Sequence record: MT446416.1
From: Escherichia virus TH47
Length of the DNA: 64,000 nucleotides
Direction: 5' to 3' (one strand)
Shown here one piece after another: positions 48,203 to 57,643 of the stretch. The first letter of the stretch is position 1; each line of letters opens with the position of its first letter. Position numbers and translations under genes: made by a program. Under the pieces are notes generated by a model that saw only the letters and a program-made list of their open reading frames with translations, did not search any database and was not told the origin of the DNA.

Positions 48203-48595
48203 TTATAAAAAGTAATTGTACATTTTATTGTACAATATAAAAAGGTCTTTCACATTATCATAAGTAATATTAGATACATCATGAATTAATGATAACTGAA
48301 AAAATGATGCTTCGTCTATATCTACTGGGATTATAACATCATCGTCTTCGTCCATTTTATTGGTGTAGTATTTTATGTGATCAGCATTCATCTCAATAGA
48401 GAACGCAAGGTTGGATTTTGTATAATCTTCAATTAATCCGATAAATTTAGATTTTTCATTAATAAAAAATCCAATCCCAAAACAACGGTTATCTGAATAT
48501 GGATAGTACCATCTATTAAAAACTAGGCTTTCAGGTAAATCATCATCATGTGTTGATACGAGAGATTTTACTACATCTACCCAAACATAATTCAT
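48203..48595 (-). CDS. hypothetical protein
   Basis: 130-aa ORF. Confidence 0.45.
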   Translation of the reverse strand: MNYVWVDVVKSLVSTHDDDLPESLVFNRWYYPYSDNRCFGIGFFINEKSKFIGLIEDYTKSNLAFSIEMNADHIKYYTNKMDEDDDVIIPVDIDEASFFQLSLIHDVSNITYDNVKDLFILYNKMYNYFL

Positions 48596-48648
48596 AATTA
48601 AAACTCCATAAGAAAAGGGACAGAATTAATCTGTCCCTTTATTATATC

Positions 48649-48981
48649 TTACTCTTCGTCTTCAGTCAAGTCTTCTTGAACTGGATGTTCTGGGTGGTTA
48701 CGGCGATGCAATTTGATGCTTTTGTCTTTACCTAAGACAGTTTCCATTTTTTCAAATGAATCACCAATTGCTTTGTATAAATCTGCATCATCGGCTGTAA
48801 CACTCTTACCGCCTGATGTTAAAGTTACGGAATATTGGTTCTTATGCTCTTTCTTCACATGAACACCAATATGCAGTACTGAAGAATCACTAAACTTCGT
48901 TAGTGCATTTGCTTCAGCATGAATTGCGTCATTGATTGCTGGAGTAATATCAACATTACCTTGGATAACTAAATCTAGCAT
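48649..48981 (-). CDS. ribosome hibernation factor-like protein (HPF/RaiA family)
   Basis: Collinear with bacterial HPF as recalled: GNVDIT, VTLTSGGKSV, DLYKAIGDSFEKME, KDKSIK; acidic tail. Confidence 0.6.
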   Translation of the reverse strand: MLDLVIQGNVDITPAINDAIHAEANALTKFSDSSVLHIGVHVKKEHKNQYSVTLTSGGKSVTADDADLYKAIGDSFEKMETVLGKDKSIKLHRRNHPEHPVQEDLTEDEE

Positions 48982-49005
48982 AATTTACCTACCTTTTTTT
49001 TAGTT

Positions 49006-49932
49006 TTAAAGATTACTAACTAACAATTCTGCACGGTTTCCTACTTGACGATACCATAGAGAATTCTTAATTTCTTTTTTGAACTTGTTATCATTTTGAT
49101 TATCAACGCTTTTCCATAATTTATTGAAAGTATTTAACTTATCAACTCCTAATGTAAATGCCATCTCAAATAAAATTCGTTGTTGTTCAGCCGTAAGGTT
49201 TGTTGCATTTCTTTTCTTCAATAATAAAACTAAATCATTATTAGTTCGTTCCATGTCAGACAATAAAAGTTTATGTGCTTGTGACTTCGTAATACCATTA
49301 CGATACTTACTTGCATCTGATTCTTTCTTTCCAAGATAATGTCCGTACCCAATAGTGAAGTTACCTTTTATATCACGATACGGATAAAATTTAGAATTTC
49401 GATATGGAACTCCAACTTTCCCACCAAGTAAACGTCGTTTGTTCTTGGACTGAAATTCAATAGAACCTTCAGCTTCTTTGATGTGATTGACAATTTCTGG
49501 ATCTTTATAATCAAACAGTACAGTCACATCTGGTAACAATACGTGCTTCAAATCCTCTTTTGTTGGGATAAAGATACCCTGAGAAGTATGAAGAGTTGCA
49601 TTTAAGTTGATGTTCTTCAACAAAATGACATAATCTTCAATCTGTACATTTTTAGGTTTAAATTTCTGTGCAATAGAATAATAACTATCACCAGGTTGAA
49701 CCGTATAATGTTTCTCGCTGCTTGGAACTGCTTTTGGTACTGATACCTTTGGTAGTTCCTGCTTTTGAATTTGAGTAAACTGTGGTTTTAAATTATGCAC
49801 CTGACTTTCGTCTAATGATGGTACATGATCACTTTGAGAAAAACCATAAAATCCAATAGCAGCGAATAGGGCTGATGAAACTAATACGCCTACGGCAATT
49901 TTAGTTTTCAGTGCTTTTTTCGCTTTTTTCAA
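49006..49932 (-). CDS. endolysin: N-terminal signal-anchor, LysM, T4-lysozyme-like (GH24) domain
   Basis: TM KIAVGVLVSSALFAAIGFYGF; LysM YTVQPGDSYYSIAQKF; catalytic EAEGS...YRDIKGNFTIGYGH; start likely TTG 49932 after AAGGAGG. Confidence 0.75.
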   Translation of the reverse strand: MKKAKKALKTKIAVGVLVSSALFAAIGFYGFSQSDHVPSLDESQVHNLKPQFTQIQKQELPKVSVPKAVPSSEKHYTVQPGDSYYSIAQKFKPKNVQIEDYVILLKNINLNATLHTSQGIFIPTKEDLKHVLLPDVTVLFDYKDPEIVNHIKEAEGSIEFQSKNKRRLLGGKVGVPYRNSKFYPYRDIKGNFTIGYGHYLGKKESDASKYRNGITKSQAHKLLLSDMERTNNDLVLLLKKRNATNLTAEQQRILFEMAFTLGVDKLNTFNKLWKSVDNQNDNKFKKEIKNSLWYRQVGNRAELLVSNL

Positions 49933-50099
49933 AACGCCTCCTTTGTTGGTTGTTAACAATGAGCAATCACAAAGAGGGCAAAGAGGCCATTTGCAAAAGC
50001 CTCATTGGACTTTCTACAGTACTCAGTTGTTCTTTGGAACATTTAAGTAGTATAGCATACTTTTTAGTTATATCAAGACCTATTTACCAAATAACCACA

Positions 50100-50510
50100 T
50101 TAATCGTAATATGTTCTACCAATGGTGATGTGATATTTGAAATATTTAGATGCTAAACCAAGTTCATCACGAATTTGTGCAATGAAATCATCTTCAAACT
50201 CTATGATAAAGAATGACCCAGGTTTCTTATTGTCTTTTACTTCTTCGATGAAAGGTTCGAACTTAATCTTAACTTTCATACCATCGTACTTTTTCCAGTA
50301 CTCTGGATTTGGTGGCACTTCACCACGAACGATACTGACATGTGCTCCCCATTGGGGGTCTTTAATATCAATATGTAAGTCAGTTCTGATGAAGTACTGG
50401 TAGTATCGAACCAACTGTAATGGAAGTTGCAGTACTAACCAGAAGTCCTTCTTCTTTTTCATAGTGCCACGATCTGGATCATACACCAGAGTTCCTTCCA
50501 TTTCAATCAT
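50100..50510 (-). CDS. 2H phosphoesterase superfamily protein
   Basis: Two H-x-S/T-x motifs, HVSI and HITI, about 67 residues apart. Confidence 0.55.
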   Translation of the reverse strand: MIEMEGTLVYDPDRGTMKKKKDFWLVLQLPLQLVRYYQYFIRTDLHIDIKDPQWGAHVSIVRGEVPPNPEYWKKYDGMKVKIKFEPFIEEVKDNKKPGSFFIIEFEDDFIAQIRDELGLASKYFKYHITIGRTYYD

Positions 50511-50517
50511 ATTTTAC

Positions 50518-50721
50518 CTATAAATTTACATATATGTTTTTATTTTCAATACGAACATAAGTTTCTAAAACATCTTTCGGAATTTTATTACTTGTTTTGT
50601 ACCATGTAGTATTATCTACTAAAACAAAAGTTTCACCTTCAGTTTCACCAAATGTACTTAGTGCATAAATGAAGTAGTTTGGTGATGCACTACAATAAAC
50701 ATCAGCATTAATTTCAATCAT
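50518..50721 (-). CDS. hypothetical small protein
   Basis: 67-aa ORF. Confidence 0.35.
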   Translation of the reverse strand: MIEINADVYCSASPNYFIYALSTFGETEGETFVLVDNTTWYKTSNKIPKDVLETYVRIENKNIYVNL

Positions 50722-50867
50722 ATTTTACACCACAATAAAGCTTAATACAACGAGTGTAATAAACACACCCACAATGGCGGTCATTTCAGGGTTAGCATCG
50801 TATGTATAACGGATGCACTTTAGAAAATCTTTACCAAACTTTTTTAGTCCATTCATATATTTTCCTT

Positions 50868-51224
50868 TCATTTCTTGTGTAAAGGGTCGGCACTTTCATA
50901 ATAGATTGTATCATTGTTTCGCTCAATAGTAAAACTCTTTTGACACAACTCTTCAGCTAAACCCTTAGCATAGTTTAATACATCTCGGTTGAGATATACT
51001 TCTTCTTTTGGAAAGCGTGGGTACTGAATAATACGAGCACACATTCCACTTTCAAGACCACCCGTGTAGATGTATTCACACGGAATCAATTGTACACAAA
51101 AACCAAGATTGAATGTGAACTTTCTTGTGTACTCTCTTGCTGTTTGGATATCACCAGCAATATGAATATTCCAGTACTGCGTTTCAACTGTACCTTTGTC
51201 GATGTATTTCATACTCATCTCCAA
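50868..51224 (-). CDS. hypothetical protein
   Basis: 118-aa ORF. Confidence 0.4.
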   Translation of the reverse strand: MEMSMKYIDKGTVETQYWNIHIAGDIQTAREYTRKFTFNLGFCVQLIPCEYIYTGGLESGMCARIIQYPRFPKEEVYLNRDVLNYAKGLAEELCQKSFTIERNNDTIYYESADPLHKK

Positions 51225-51241
51225 TTATAGCATAAAAAATC

Positions 51242-51637
51242 CTACTTGCCCAAATCTTCTATAATTCTTTTTATGGTATCATTGTTTTCCAGACATAAAG
51301 TACTGAAATTTCTACCTGTTTTTTCATTTAGTTCGCTGATTTCAAGCATAAGATAACCATACGTGATATCTTGAATCCTACTTCGTTTTACCCTTGAGTA
51401 CAGTTTTATGGGTACAGATACACGAGTATTCAAAAAGAATTCTGGTAAATCATAACGATATACCAGGTATTCATTCTTGGAACGTCTACGACTGTACGAT
51501 TCTAAACACTGTGGGAAACGTCTGTCAAAAATACTACTCCTTAACTTAAGGAACATTGGATCTATCTTATGTGAGTAATATGATTTGATTATTTCATCAA
51601 ATCTTTTTGTATGTCGTTTACGCCATCTCATAATCAA
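51242..51637 (-). CDS. hypothetical protein
   Basis: 131-aa ORF. Confidence 0.4.
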   Translation of the reverse strand: MIMRWRKRHTKRFDEIIKSYYSHKIDPMFLKLRSSIFDRRFPQCLESYSRRRSKNEYLVYRYDLPEFFLNTRVSVPIKLYSRVKRSRIQDITYGYLMLEISELNEKTGRNFSTLCLENNDTIKRIIEDLGK

Positions 51638-52077
51638 ACCTTAAAAAATATAATAGGAAAGTATTTTGTTTCCGAATCTGAAATACTGTTACAGTAATCT
51701 TTCAATTCATCATGGATAACATTCAAATGAATAGTAGGATAGTTCATAGGTTTCTGTACTGGGCCAGTGGCATATACGCAATCTGTTCTATCCCAACTTA
51801 CATATTGGGTTGGATAATTATCTTTAGTACGTTCTTCAATAATAATATTATATTCTGGTGTATTCAATACATATATATCACATTGAGAAATGTACTGAAC
51901 ATTAAAATCACCGTCAGTGAGATGGATCATGTTCCCATCGCAATATAAGCATGATGGTTCAGTGTATCCTAAAATTGAAGATAAAGTTCTGAAGTTTGCT
52001 CCTGGACCCAAATATACCAAATTCGTGTGTAAACAAATATCAATGAAACGTTTGAAGACTTCAGTTTCGTTATGCAT
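51634..52077 (-). CDS. hypothetical protein
   Basis: 147-aa ORF, 4-nt overlap with next gene. Confidence 0.4.
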   Translation of the reverse strand: MHNETEVFKRFIDICLHTNLVYLGPGANFRTLSSILGYTEPSCLYCDGNMIHLTDGDFNVQYISQCDIYVLNTPEYNIIIEERTKDNYPTQYVSWDRTDCVYATGPVQKPMNYPTIHLNVIHDELKDYCNSISDSETKYFPIIFFKV

Positions 52078-52120
52078 ATAGATACCTTAAAAAGACCCCA
52101 CATAGTGAGGTCAAACACTT

Positions 52121-52345
52121 TTAAACGTTATCATCATCCAATATTTCACGGTAAACATAATAAACATGTGTACCTAGAAGAACAATGAGTACAATGAAGA
52201 CTAACCAGAATGGTACAAAATGCAGTACAAGTGCAAATGCCATTACGGTAATAATCATTACTACTGAACTGAAAATAAGACTGGTCGCTTTTTTAAATCC
52301 AGATAGTACATCATTCAAAACGCGTTTCATAAATGAATCAACCAT
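52121..52345 (-). CDS. small membrane protein (two predicted TM helices)
   Basis: Two hydrophobic segments. Confidence 0.4.
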   Translation of the reverse strand: MVDSFMKRVLNDVLSGFKKATSLIFSSVVMIITVMAFALVLHFVPFWLVFIVLIVLLGTHVYYVYREILDDDNV

Positions 52346-52922
52346 TTTTCTTCCTCATATAATCCATATAGCAAGTTCTGCATAGACTCTTGTATGATTC
52401 ATCACCACCAATAAAGACTTTATCAGTACTTTCAACTATACGGGCATTCATAGTGGCTTCTTTGCCACACTTCTGATTCTCACACACGTTCTTAAGTTCA
52501 TGTATGTCATCAGCTATTTCGAACAGTCTTTGTGAACCTTCAAAAAGATTGGATTCAAAATCTGTTCGGATTCCATAACAGGAAACATCAACACCATAAT
52601 TATCTGCTATATCAGCTAAATGGTCAATTTGTTCTCTGTTTAAAAATTGACATTCATCAACATAGATACTGTTAATGTCAACGTCATTTTTGAGTGTTTC
52701 TTTAACTTTAAGAAGAACACTAATGTCATTTTTTGGAATTACTTCAGCCTCAGCTTCGATGCCAATTCTCGAAGTAATCTTTCCTGTTCCATAACGATCA
52801 TCAAGTGCACTGGTTAAGTAAATTACCTTCATTCCATTTTTCTTATGGTTATATGCTTTTTGTAAAAGATGAGTACTTTTACCACTAGACATACTACCAT
52901 AGTAATATACTAATTTACTCAT
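52338..52922 (-). CDS. tdk: thymidine kinase
   Basis: P-loop GSMSSGKST, VDECQFL, CYGIRTDF, C-terminal zinc ribbon; collinear with E. coli Tdk as recalled. Confidence 0.9.
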   Translation of the reverse strand: MSKLVYYYGSMSSGKSTHLLQKAYNHKKNGMKVIYLTSALDDRYGTGKITSRIGIEAEAEVIPKNDISVLLKVKETLKNDVDINSIYVDECQFLNREQIDHLADIADNYGVDVSCYGIRTDFESNLFEGSQRLFEIADDIHELKNVCENQKCGKEATMNARIVESTDKVFIGGDESYKSLCRTCYMDYMRKKNG

Positions 52923-53253
52923 TTTTAATCCTTAAGTACGTGTGCTTGCATTTTAATCTATTACCATAGGATGAAATTGGGATATTGAACATTTCTATTT
53001 TACCCTCTTTTAAAAGACGTAAAATATCTGGATCGTTTTTGGTTTGTACACAATGAAGACCATTGACTTGAATTTCTACACCATTATTCAGAAATTCATA
53101 AATCTTCTGTCTACGCTTCCCACCGAAACTTTCATTTCGGATAACATCTCTTAGGTCTTTATATTCTTGTTTTAATTTCCTGTCAAAAAGTGTTCCATCT
53201 TTCTTTCTGATTTCTTCAATACACTTATATTGAGTTTGTCCTCTAAGAGCCAT
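52915..53253 (-). CDS. hypothetical protein
   Basis: 112-aa ORF. Confidence 0.4.
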   Translation of the reverse strand: MALRGQTQYKCIEEIRKKDGTLFDRKLKQEYKDLRDVIRNESFGGKRRQKIYEFLNNGVEIQVNGLHCVQTKNDPDILRLLKEGKIEMFNIPISSYGNRLKCKHTYLRIKNE

Positions 53254-53722
53254 ATTTGACCTCGTTGGGATATTTCTTCATTAACTCATGTAAACGTTGA
53301 ATTTCCTGATTTTTCTTATGTTCTTCATCATACTTCTTAGAAAGATTCTTTCTTGTATTTGATTCTAATAATCTAAAATTAGTACAGAATCTATCATTTT
53401 TAGCAACGTTCTTACGTAACGCATCAAAAACAGTACTGAAATAGTTATCCAATGGAAAAGAAGTGTCAGTGTAATTATAAAAATCCATTACATTTGTCAG
53501 GTTCACATGTTCAATTACCGCACCATTGTGCGTTACAATAAACATTATATCACCATAATTACAATTTGCATCAGTACGGTGCAGATATAAATGATCACGT
53601 AAATAATCTTTTAATTTATGTTCAATACCACTTTGTTCAGTACTTTGAAATACCAAAACTTCACCATAGGTTGTATTACCGTCATATTCATTTGGTTCGC
53701 GGATAATTGTAAGGTTATACAT
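53243..53722 (-). CDS. hypothetical protein
   Basis: 159-aa ORF. Confidence 0.4.
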   Translation of the reverse strand: MYNLTIIREPNEYDGNTTYGEVLVFQSTEQSGIEHKLKDYLRDHLYLHRTDANCNYGDIMFIVTHNGAVIEHVNLTNVMDFYNYTDTSFPLDNYFSTVFDALRKNVAKNDRFCTNFRLLESNTRKNLSKKYDEEHKKNQEIQRLHELMKKYPNEVKYGS

Positions 53723-53730
53723 ATAACTCC

Positions 53731-54021
53731 TTATACCGGAGATACGGTACTCAGCATTAGTAGAGCAGTGTTTTCATCAATTTCATGTTGATTGTCGCAA
53801 ACTAGAGTTTCCAGCAGATCTGGATTGTAATAATAATGTTCATAATCTGTATCATTTGGAATATGGTGATAGGTGAATACAATGTCAAATACATCATCAT
53901 CATTTTCACTTTTGAAACGCTTTAATTCTTCTACACTTTCAACAAAGCCATACTCTTCAAAAGCAGTAGTACCATCTTGTAGTTTCATCCATGCACTTGC
54001 GACAATTTTCATAAATTTCAA
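53731..54021 (-). CDS. hypothetical protein
   Basis: 96-aa ORF. Confidence 0.4.
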   Translation of the reverse strand: MKFMKIVASAWMKLQDGTTAFEEYGFVESVEELKRFKSENDDDVFDIVFTYHHIPNDTDYEHYYYNPDLLETLVCDNQHEIDENTALLMLSTVSPV

Positions 54022-54025
54022 ATCC

Positions 54026-54613
54026 TTATTCTTTTGTAATGTTTAGTTTAGAAACGAAATGGTTTTTTGCTTCTTCAAATGTCATTGAAGTATATACTGG
54101 GTTCCAATTATCGTCAAGATCTGTAAGTACTTTAACTTCCATTACATCTTCAGGTGTGTAGAATTGCCATGTATTATGGTCTGGCTCATAATTAGGATCT
54201 AGTACAAAAACTGTTCCATTCTGACCATAAACTTCCCCATCATTTAATAGTTCACTGAAGAAATCTTCACCTGTTGTTGGGTCTTCGTATGCATTATAAA
54301 AACGAAAAACAACATTCTCAACATCAGTTCGGGTAGTACCATCGTCTTCATCATATTCCACCAAACGGTCCTGATGAAATACTAGGTCAATAGCACCAAT
54401 GCGAGGTTTATTATGTGGAGTTTTGATTTCTTGCTGGGAATTGTAATCCATACGTTCAGTACTGATGAATACACCACTTGGTGTGATTTCAATACCAGAC
54501 ACATTTTCTGGTGAATAGTACGCTTCACACATATCATCAATATACATGTGCTCATGATACACTTCCATTTCAGGGTTCTGCATCAACAGTGCTGCTAGGT
54601 CTTTTGCTTTCAA
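54026..54613 (-). CDS. hypothetical protein
   Basis: 195-aa ORF. Confidence 0.4.
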   Translation of the reverse strand: MKAKDLAALLMQNPEMEVYHEHMYIDDMCEAYYSPENVSGIEITPSGVFISTERMDYNSQQEIKTPHNKPRIGAIDLVFHQDRLVEYDEDDGTTRTDVENVVFRFYNAYEDPTTGEDFFSELLNDGEVYGQNGTVFVLDPNYEPDHNTWQFYTPEDVMEVKVLTDLDDNWNPVYTSMTFEEAKNHFVSKLNITKE

Positions 54614-55002
54614 TCTTCAATCTCCATAGAGTCATCACTTTCGTAATCATCACTAGTGTACTTAGTTTTTACCTCAATACCATTCTCATGTAGGTATGTG
54701 ATAAAACCATTACCATGAACGAATTGATTATAATATGTATTTTCTTCTACATGTGAGTCATAATCATCTTCGTAATATGTGGGCATTGTAACATCATGAC
54801 CAGCACTTTGCAAGTACTGGAACAATTCTTTCAGTACTACTTCGATATCACCTTCTTCTGTACCATAACAATATGCAGGTTCACCGTGAGTGAATTTGAA
54901 TCCTTTACAGGAAACTGTATAAATGTCACTCATGTTCATACCACAATCATCACATTCATGTATAGAACAATGCTGGTGGAATTTAATCTTTTTGATTTGC
55001 AT
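54610..55002 (-). CDS. hypothetical protein
   Basis: 130-aa ORF, Cys/His-rich N-terminus, acidic C-terminus. Confidence 0.4.
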   Translation of the reverse strand: MQIKKIKFHQHCSIHECDDCGMNMSDIYTVSCKGFKFTHGEPAYCYGTEEGDIEVVLKELFQYLQSAGHDVTMPTYYEDDYDSHVEENTYYNQFVHGNGFITYLHENGIEVKTKYTSDDYESDDSMEIED

Positions 55003-55351
55003 TTAGAAAATCCTGTAAAGATGTAGTAGACATTGGACTATCAGCACCATCATACCACAGTGATGTATATGGCTGAACTGAACTAATATCAATACACAAC
55101 CCTTCACGCTCACATTTTTGAGCGAATTCTTCAGTAGTTTGTTTGTTACCAAAAGAAATCTCAAATTCATAACTCTCAAATTCATAACTAGACATATCAA
55201 TATCAGTACTGTAAATTAATGCACCATCATATGTAATATGGAGTTTAGAATCTGCGTCAAAAAGACGATCTGAAATAGCTTCATAATCATCTTCAGGAAC
55301 TGCTTCAATAAGACGGGCCATTAGTCCAGATGTTACGCGGTAATCACTCAT
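54983..55351 (-). CDS. hypothetical protein
   Basis: Start at ATG 55351 (GGAGAA SD) rather than GTG 55381. Confidence 0.4.
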   Translation of the reverse strand: MSDYRVTSGLMARLIEAVPEDDYEAISDRLFDADSKLHITYDGALIYSTDIDMSSYEFESYEFEISFGNKQTTEEFAQKCEREGLCIDISSVQPYTSLWYDGADSPMSTTSLQDFLNANQKD

Positions 55352-55362
55352 ATATATTCTCC

Positions 55363-55392
55363 AAAAGAAAAGGAGAGTCACAATGACTCTCC
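55363..55392 (-). terminator. rho-independent terminator
   Basis: Perfect 9-bp stem ggagagtca/tgactctcc with T-run on minus strand. Confidence 0.6.
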
Positions 55393-55399
55393 ATATATT

Positions 55400-55843
55400 T
55401 TATTGTAAAACTTTAAGTTTGTAAAGCATTCCTTCACAAAAACTCATAATGTCTTCTAGTGTGTTAGTACTGCCATAGTCTTCAGCCTCTTCAAGCATAG
55501 CATGAATGGCTTTACATTGACTAACATATTCTTCAAGAATTGGTACACAATCCTCGATAGGGGTAAAACGATAACTGTTACCAGTACCTACCTGTAATGC
55601 CCCGCGAGTGTTCATAATACCCTCTACAAATGCATCAACGTACTCAGGTAACTCTTTGTATAGTTCATCCAATTGTAGATGCTTAGTGTAGAAATGGCTC
55701 TGTAAATGCCAGTTGTGAGCAGCAGCACTTAAAAATAAACTATTCTCAATAAATGTAAGTAGTACTTCATCATAAGAACTATCTTCTTCAGTATCTCCAA
55801 TAAAGTCCATAACGTGGCGAAGTGTTGATATATCTTCATTCAT
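55400..55843 (-). CDS. hypothetical protein
   Basis: Start at ATG 55843 (GAGGATG SD) rather than 55876. Confidence 0.4.
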   Translation of the reverse strand: MNEDISTLRHVMDFIGDTEEDSSYDEVLLTFIENSLFLSAAAHNWHLQSHFYTKHLQLDELYKELPEYVDAFVEGIMNTRGALQVGTGNSYRFTPIEDCVPILEEYVSQCKAIHAMLEEAEDYGSTNTLEDIMSFCEGMLYKLKVLQ

Positions 55844-55872
55844 ATAATTACATCCTCTATGTGTATTCATAT

Positions 55873-56514
55873 TCATATTTTATTTATAGTAATGGTGATA
55901 TTAAAACTTTCTATATCATTCTTTAATATATCAACTCGTTTTCGTAAACCATCTATAACTTCTGGTATTACATCATTTTTATACATCTCTATTAACTCTT
56001 CTATATATTTTTTCTTTTCTATCTGCCACGCACGATGTGCATCTTCTGGAGTTTCATAAACACCAATGTATGTTGTTTTATTATATATTGTTATTTTAGC
56101 ACAATAAGGTTTGGTATATTCACTCACCATGTCTTTTGGACGTTTTCTGTATATCACTCCCATTCCATATGGTGATGCATTTGCAGCACTGTCTAGTATA
56201 CAGTAATTCAATTCTTTGGGAACAAATGCACATGTTTCAGGAGAATAGATTTTCTTACTCCCACCAATAATATCTTTATCTAATTGATATCCTTCTTTAT
56301 AATGTGATTTGTACCAAATTTTAAATTTTGAATAATACTTCCACTCATCACATACAACAGTTCCAATATAAGAACCCTTAGCCTTATCGGAATAGCATCG
56401 GTCTAACATACGTTGCCATGCACAATATATTGCTCGATCTGGATTTGTTATACTAGCATCACCTTTTATATCACAGATGCCATGACCATAAAACTTCTTC
56501 ATTAATTTATCCAT
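55873..56514 (-). CDS. putative DNA-binding protein with AP2-like domain
   Basis: W..M..RCY...Y.G..VC.EW module and C-terminal YIGVYETPEDAHRAWQ AP2-like motif; no nuclease motif seen. Confidence 0.45.
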   Translation of the reverse strand: MDKLMKKFYGHGICDIKGDASITNPDRAIYCAWQRMLDRCYSDKAKGSYIGTVVCDEWKYYSKFKIWYKSHYKEGYQLDKDIIGGSKKIYSPETCAFVPKELNYCILDSAANASPYGMGVIYRKRPKDMVSEYTKPYCAKITIYNKTTYIGVYETPEDAHRAWQIEKKKYIEELIEMYKNDVIPEVIDGLRKRVDILKNDIESFNITITINKI

Positions 56515-56524
56515 ATTTTTGTAA

Positions 56525-56953
56525 TTAGTTAATAATAAAGGTAACTTCAGGATTCATTTCTGAAACTGCATTTCTTTTACTTCTATTCCATAGTACTCTA
56601 TTGTTATATAATGAAGAATCACAAATTATAAGTAAGCAATTCCTTAATCTACTTACAGTACTTTGATTACTTAAATCAGTTTCTGTAACAAAAAATACAT
56701 TATCAGGAACTTCTACAGGAATTGATTTATCAAAGAAGAAAACTACAATAGGTCTGTTTGTATGAACTAAATTAATAAAGTCTAAAATACTGTTATAAAA
56801 TTCAGTTCCTTTGTTTAAACTTAATGGATCTTTGATCCTCTTCAAATATGTCTGAACCAATTTATGATCGTTTTTGATTTGATACTCAAAATATTCTTTG
56901 AATAACATTTGTGTTAATTCAGATGTATTGGATATTTTCGTTGTGTTACTCAT
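56525..56953 (-). CDS. hypothetical protein
   Basis: 142-aa ORF directly downstream of the non-coding unit. Confidence 0.45.
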   Translation of the reverse strand: MSNTTKISNTSELTQMLFKEYFEYQIKNDHKLVQTYLKRIKDPLSLNKGTEFYNSILDFINLVHTNRPIVVFFFDKSIPVEVPDNVFFVTETDLSNQSTVSRLRNCLLIICDSSLYNNRVLWNRSKRNAVSEMNPEVTFIIN

Positions 56954-57091
56954 TCACTTCGTTCTCTCGTAACTCAAGAAGTCACTACGTTTACTTCGTA
57001 AACTAGTTCCTTCTGAAAATGATAATGTACTTTAAAAGCTTGACGGGATTTGTTGAGGACTATTTCATCCCCCCGCAGGGGAATGAAGGTA

Positions 57092-57116
57092 ATAAAAAAG
57101 AGACAATTAAGTCTCT
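57092..57116 (-). terminator. rho-independent terminator ending the candidate ncRNA
   Basis: Perfect 6-bp stem agagac/gtctct, 6-nt loop, T6-7 on the minus strand only. Confidence 0.55.
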
Positions 57117-57608
57117 CTTGACGATGATGGCATCGGATATTATCGAATTGCGAATTTCTCAAATTTTGGACGGATCTTTCTTGTACCAAAATTTAGAGAG
57201 CGAAAGCGGGTTGCTCGGTTTCTCTCTATCGCAGTCATATGCAACGGTCGCTGGTCTTTTCATCAACAGCACTCAGTACTAAACTCTATTCGATCAAAGT
57301 AGTACCTGTTCTCAAATTTTGGACGCAACTTTCTTGTAAAATCGCGTCCACAATCCTTGAACTCCCTTAGCAAATTCGTAAGGTGCGAACCTTATACATC
57401 TATCTAGGAACTCTCTGTGTGCTTATTGGAGTTCTTTATACAGCCGTGTCGCCGTGATTCGTGGTCTTATCTCGTGTTTGTTTGATTGCCAGTACTCTAA
57501 CAGGTTTCTTTTGCTGTTCGCTACAACGGTAAAGCTCATCTATCCTTTACATTTTCAAGAGAAGTAGGTTCTCATTATCCATTTTTCAATGTCCGTTGTC
57601 ATTTTACA
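57092..57608 (-). ncRNA. candidate structured non-coding RNA (~515 nt), promoter-to-terminator unit without ORF
   Basis: Own promoter at 57615-57642 and own terminator at 57092-57116; all frames interrupted by stops; 17-nt direct repeat at 57156-57172 and 57309-57325; several GC-rich hairpins. Confidence 0.4.
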
Positions 57609-57614
57609 ATATAC

Positions 57615-57642
57615 ATTATATCACTAGGATGTATTATGTCCC
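57615..57642 (-). promoter_or_regulatory. promoter GGGACA-N16-TGaTATAAT driving the non-coding unit
   Basis: Minus-strand GGGACAtaatacatcctagtgaTATAAT just after the stop of the 57644-58057 gene. Confidence 0.55.
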
Positions 57643-57643
57643 G

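Noticed and set aside
50722-50867. Small ORF in the gap between 50518-50721 and 50868-51224
   Set aside because: Translating from the ATG after AAAGGA gives only 21 codons before a stop.
56974-57282. ORFs 56974-57189 (minus) and 57019-57282 (plus) as protein genes
   Set aside because: No SD or sensible start, and the minus ORF spans the terminator hairpin; more consistent with non-coding RNA.
56954-57643. tRNA genes or a group I intron in the non-coding region
   Set aside because: No GTTCRANYC T-loop with a matching stem on either strand and no acceptor-stem pattern. The flanking ORFs end in stops and do not look like split exons. Only checked by eye.
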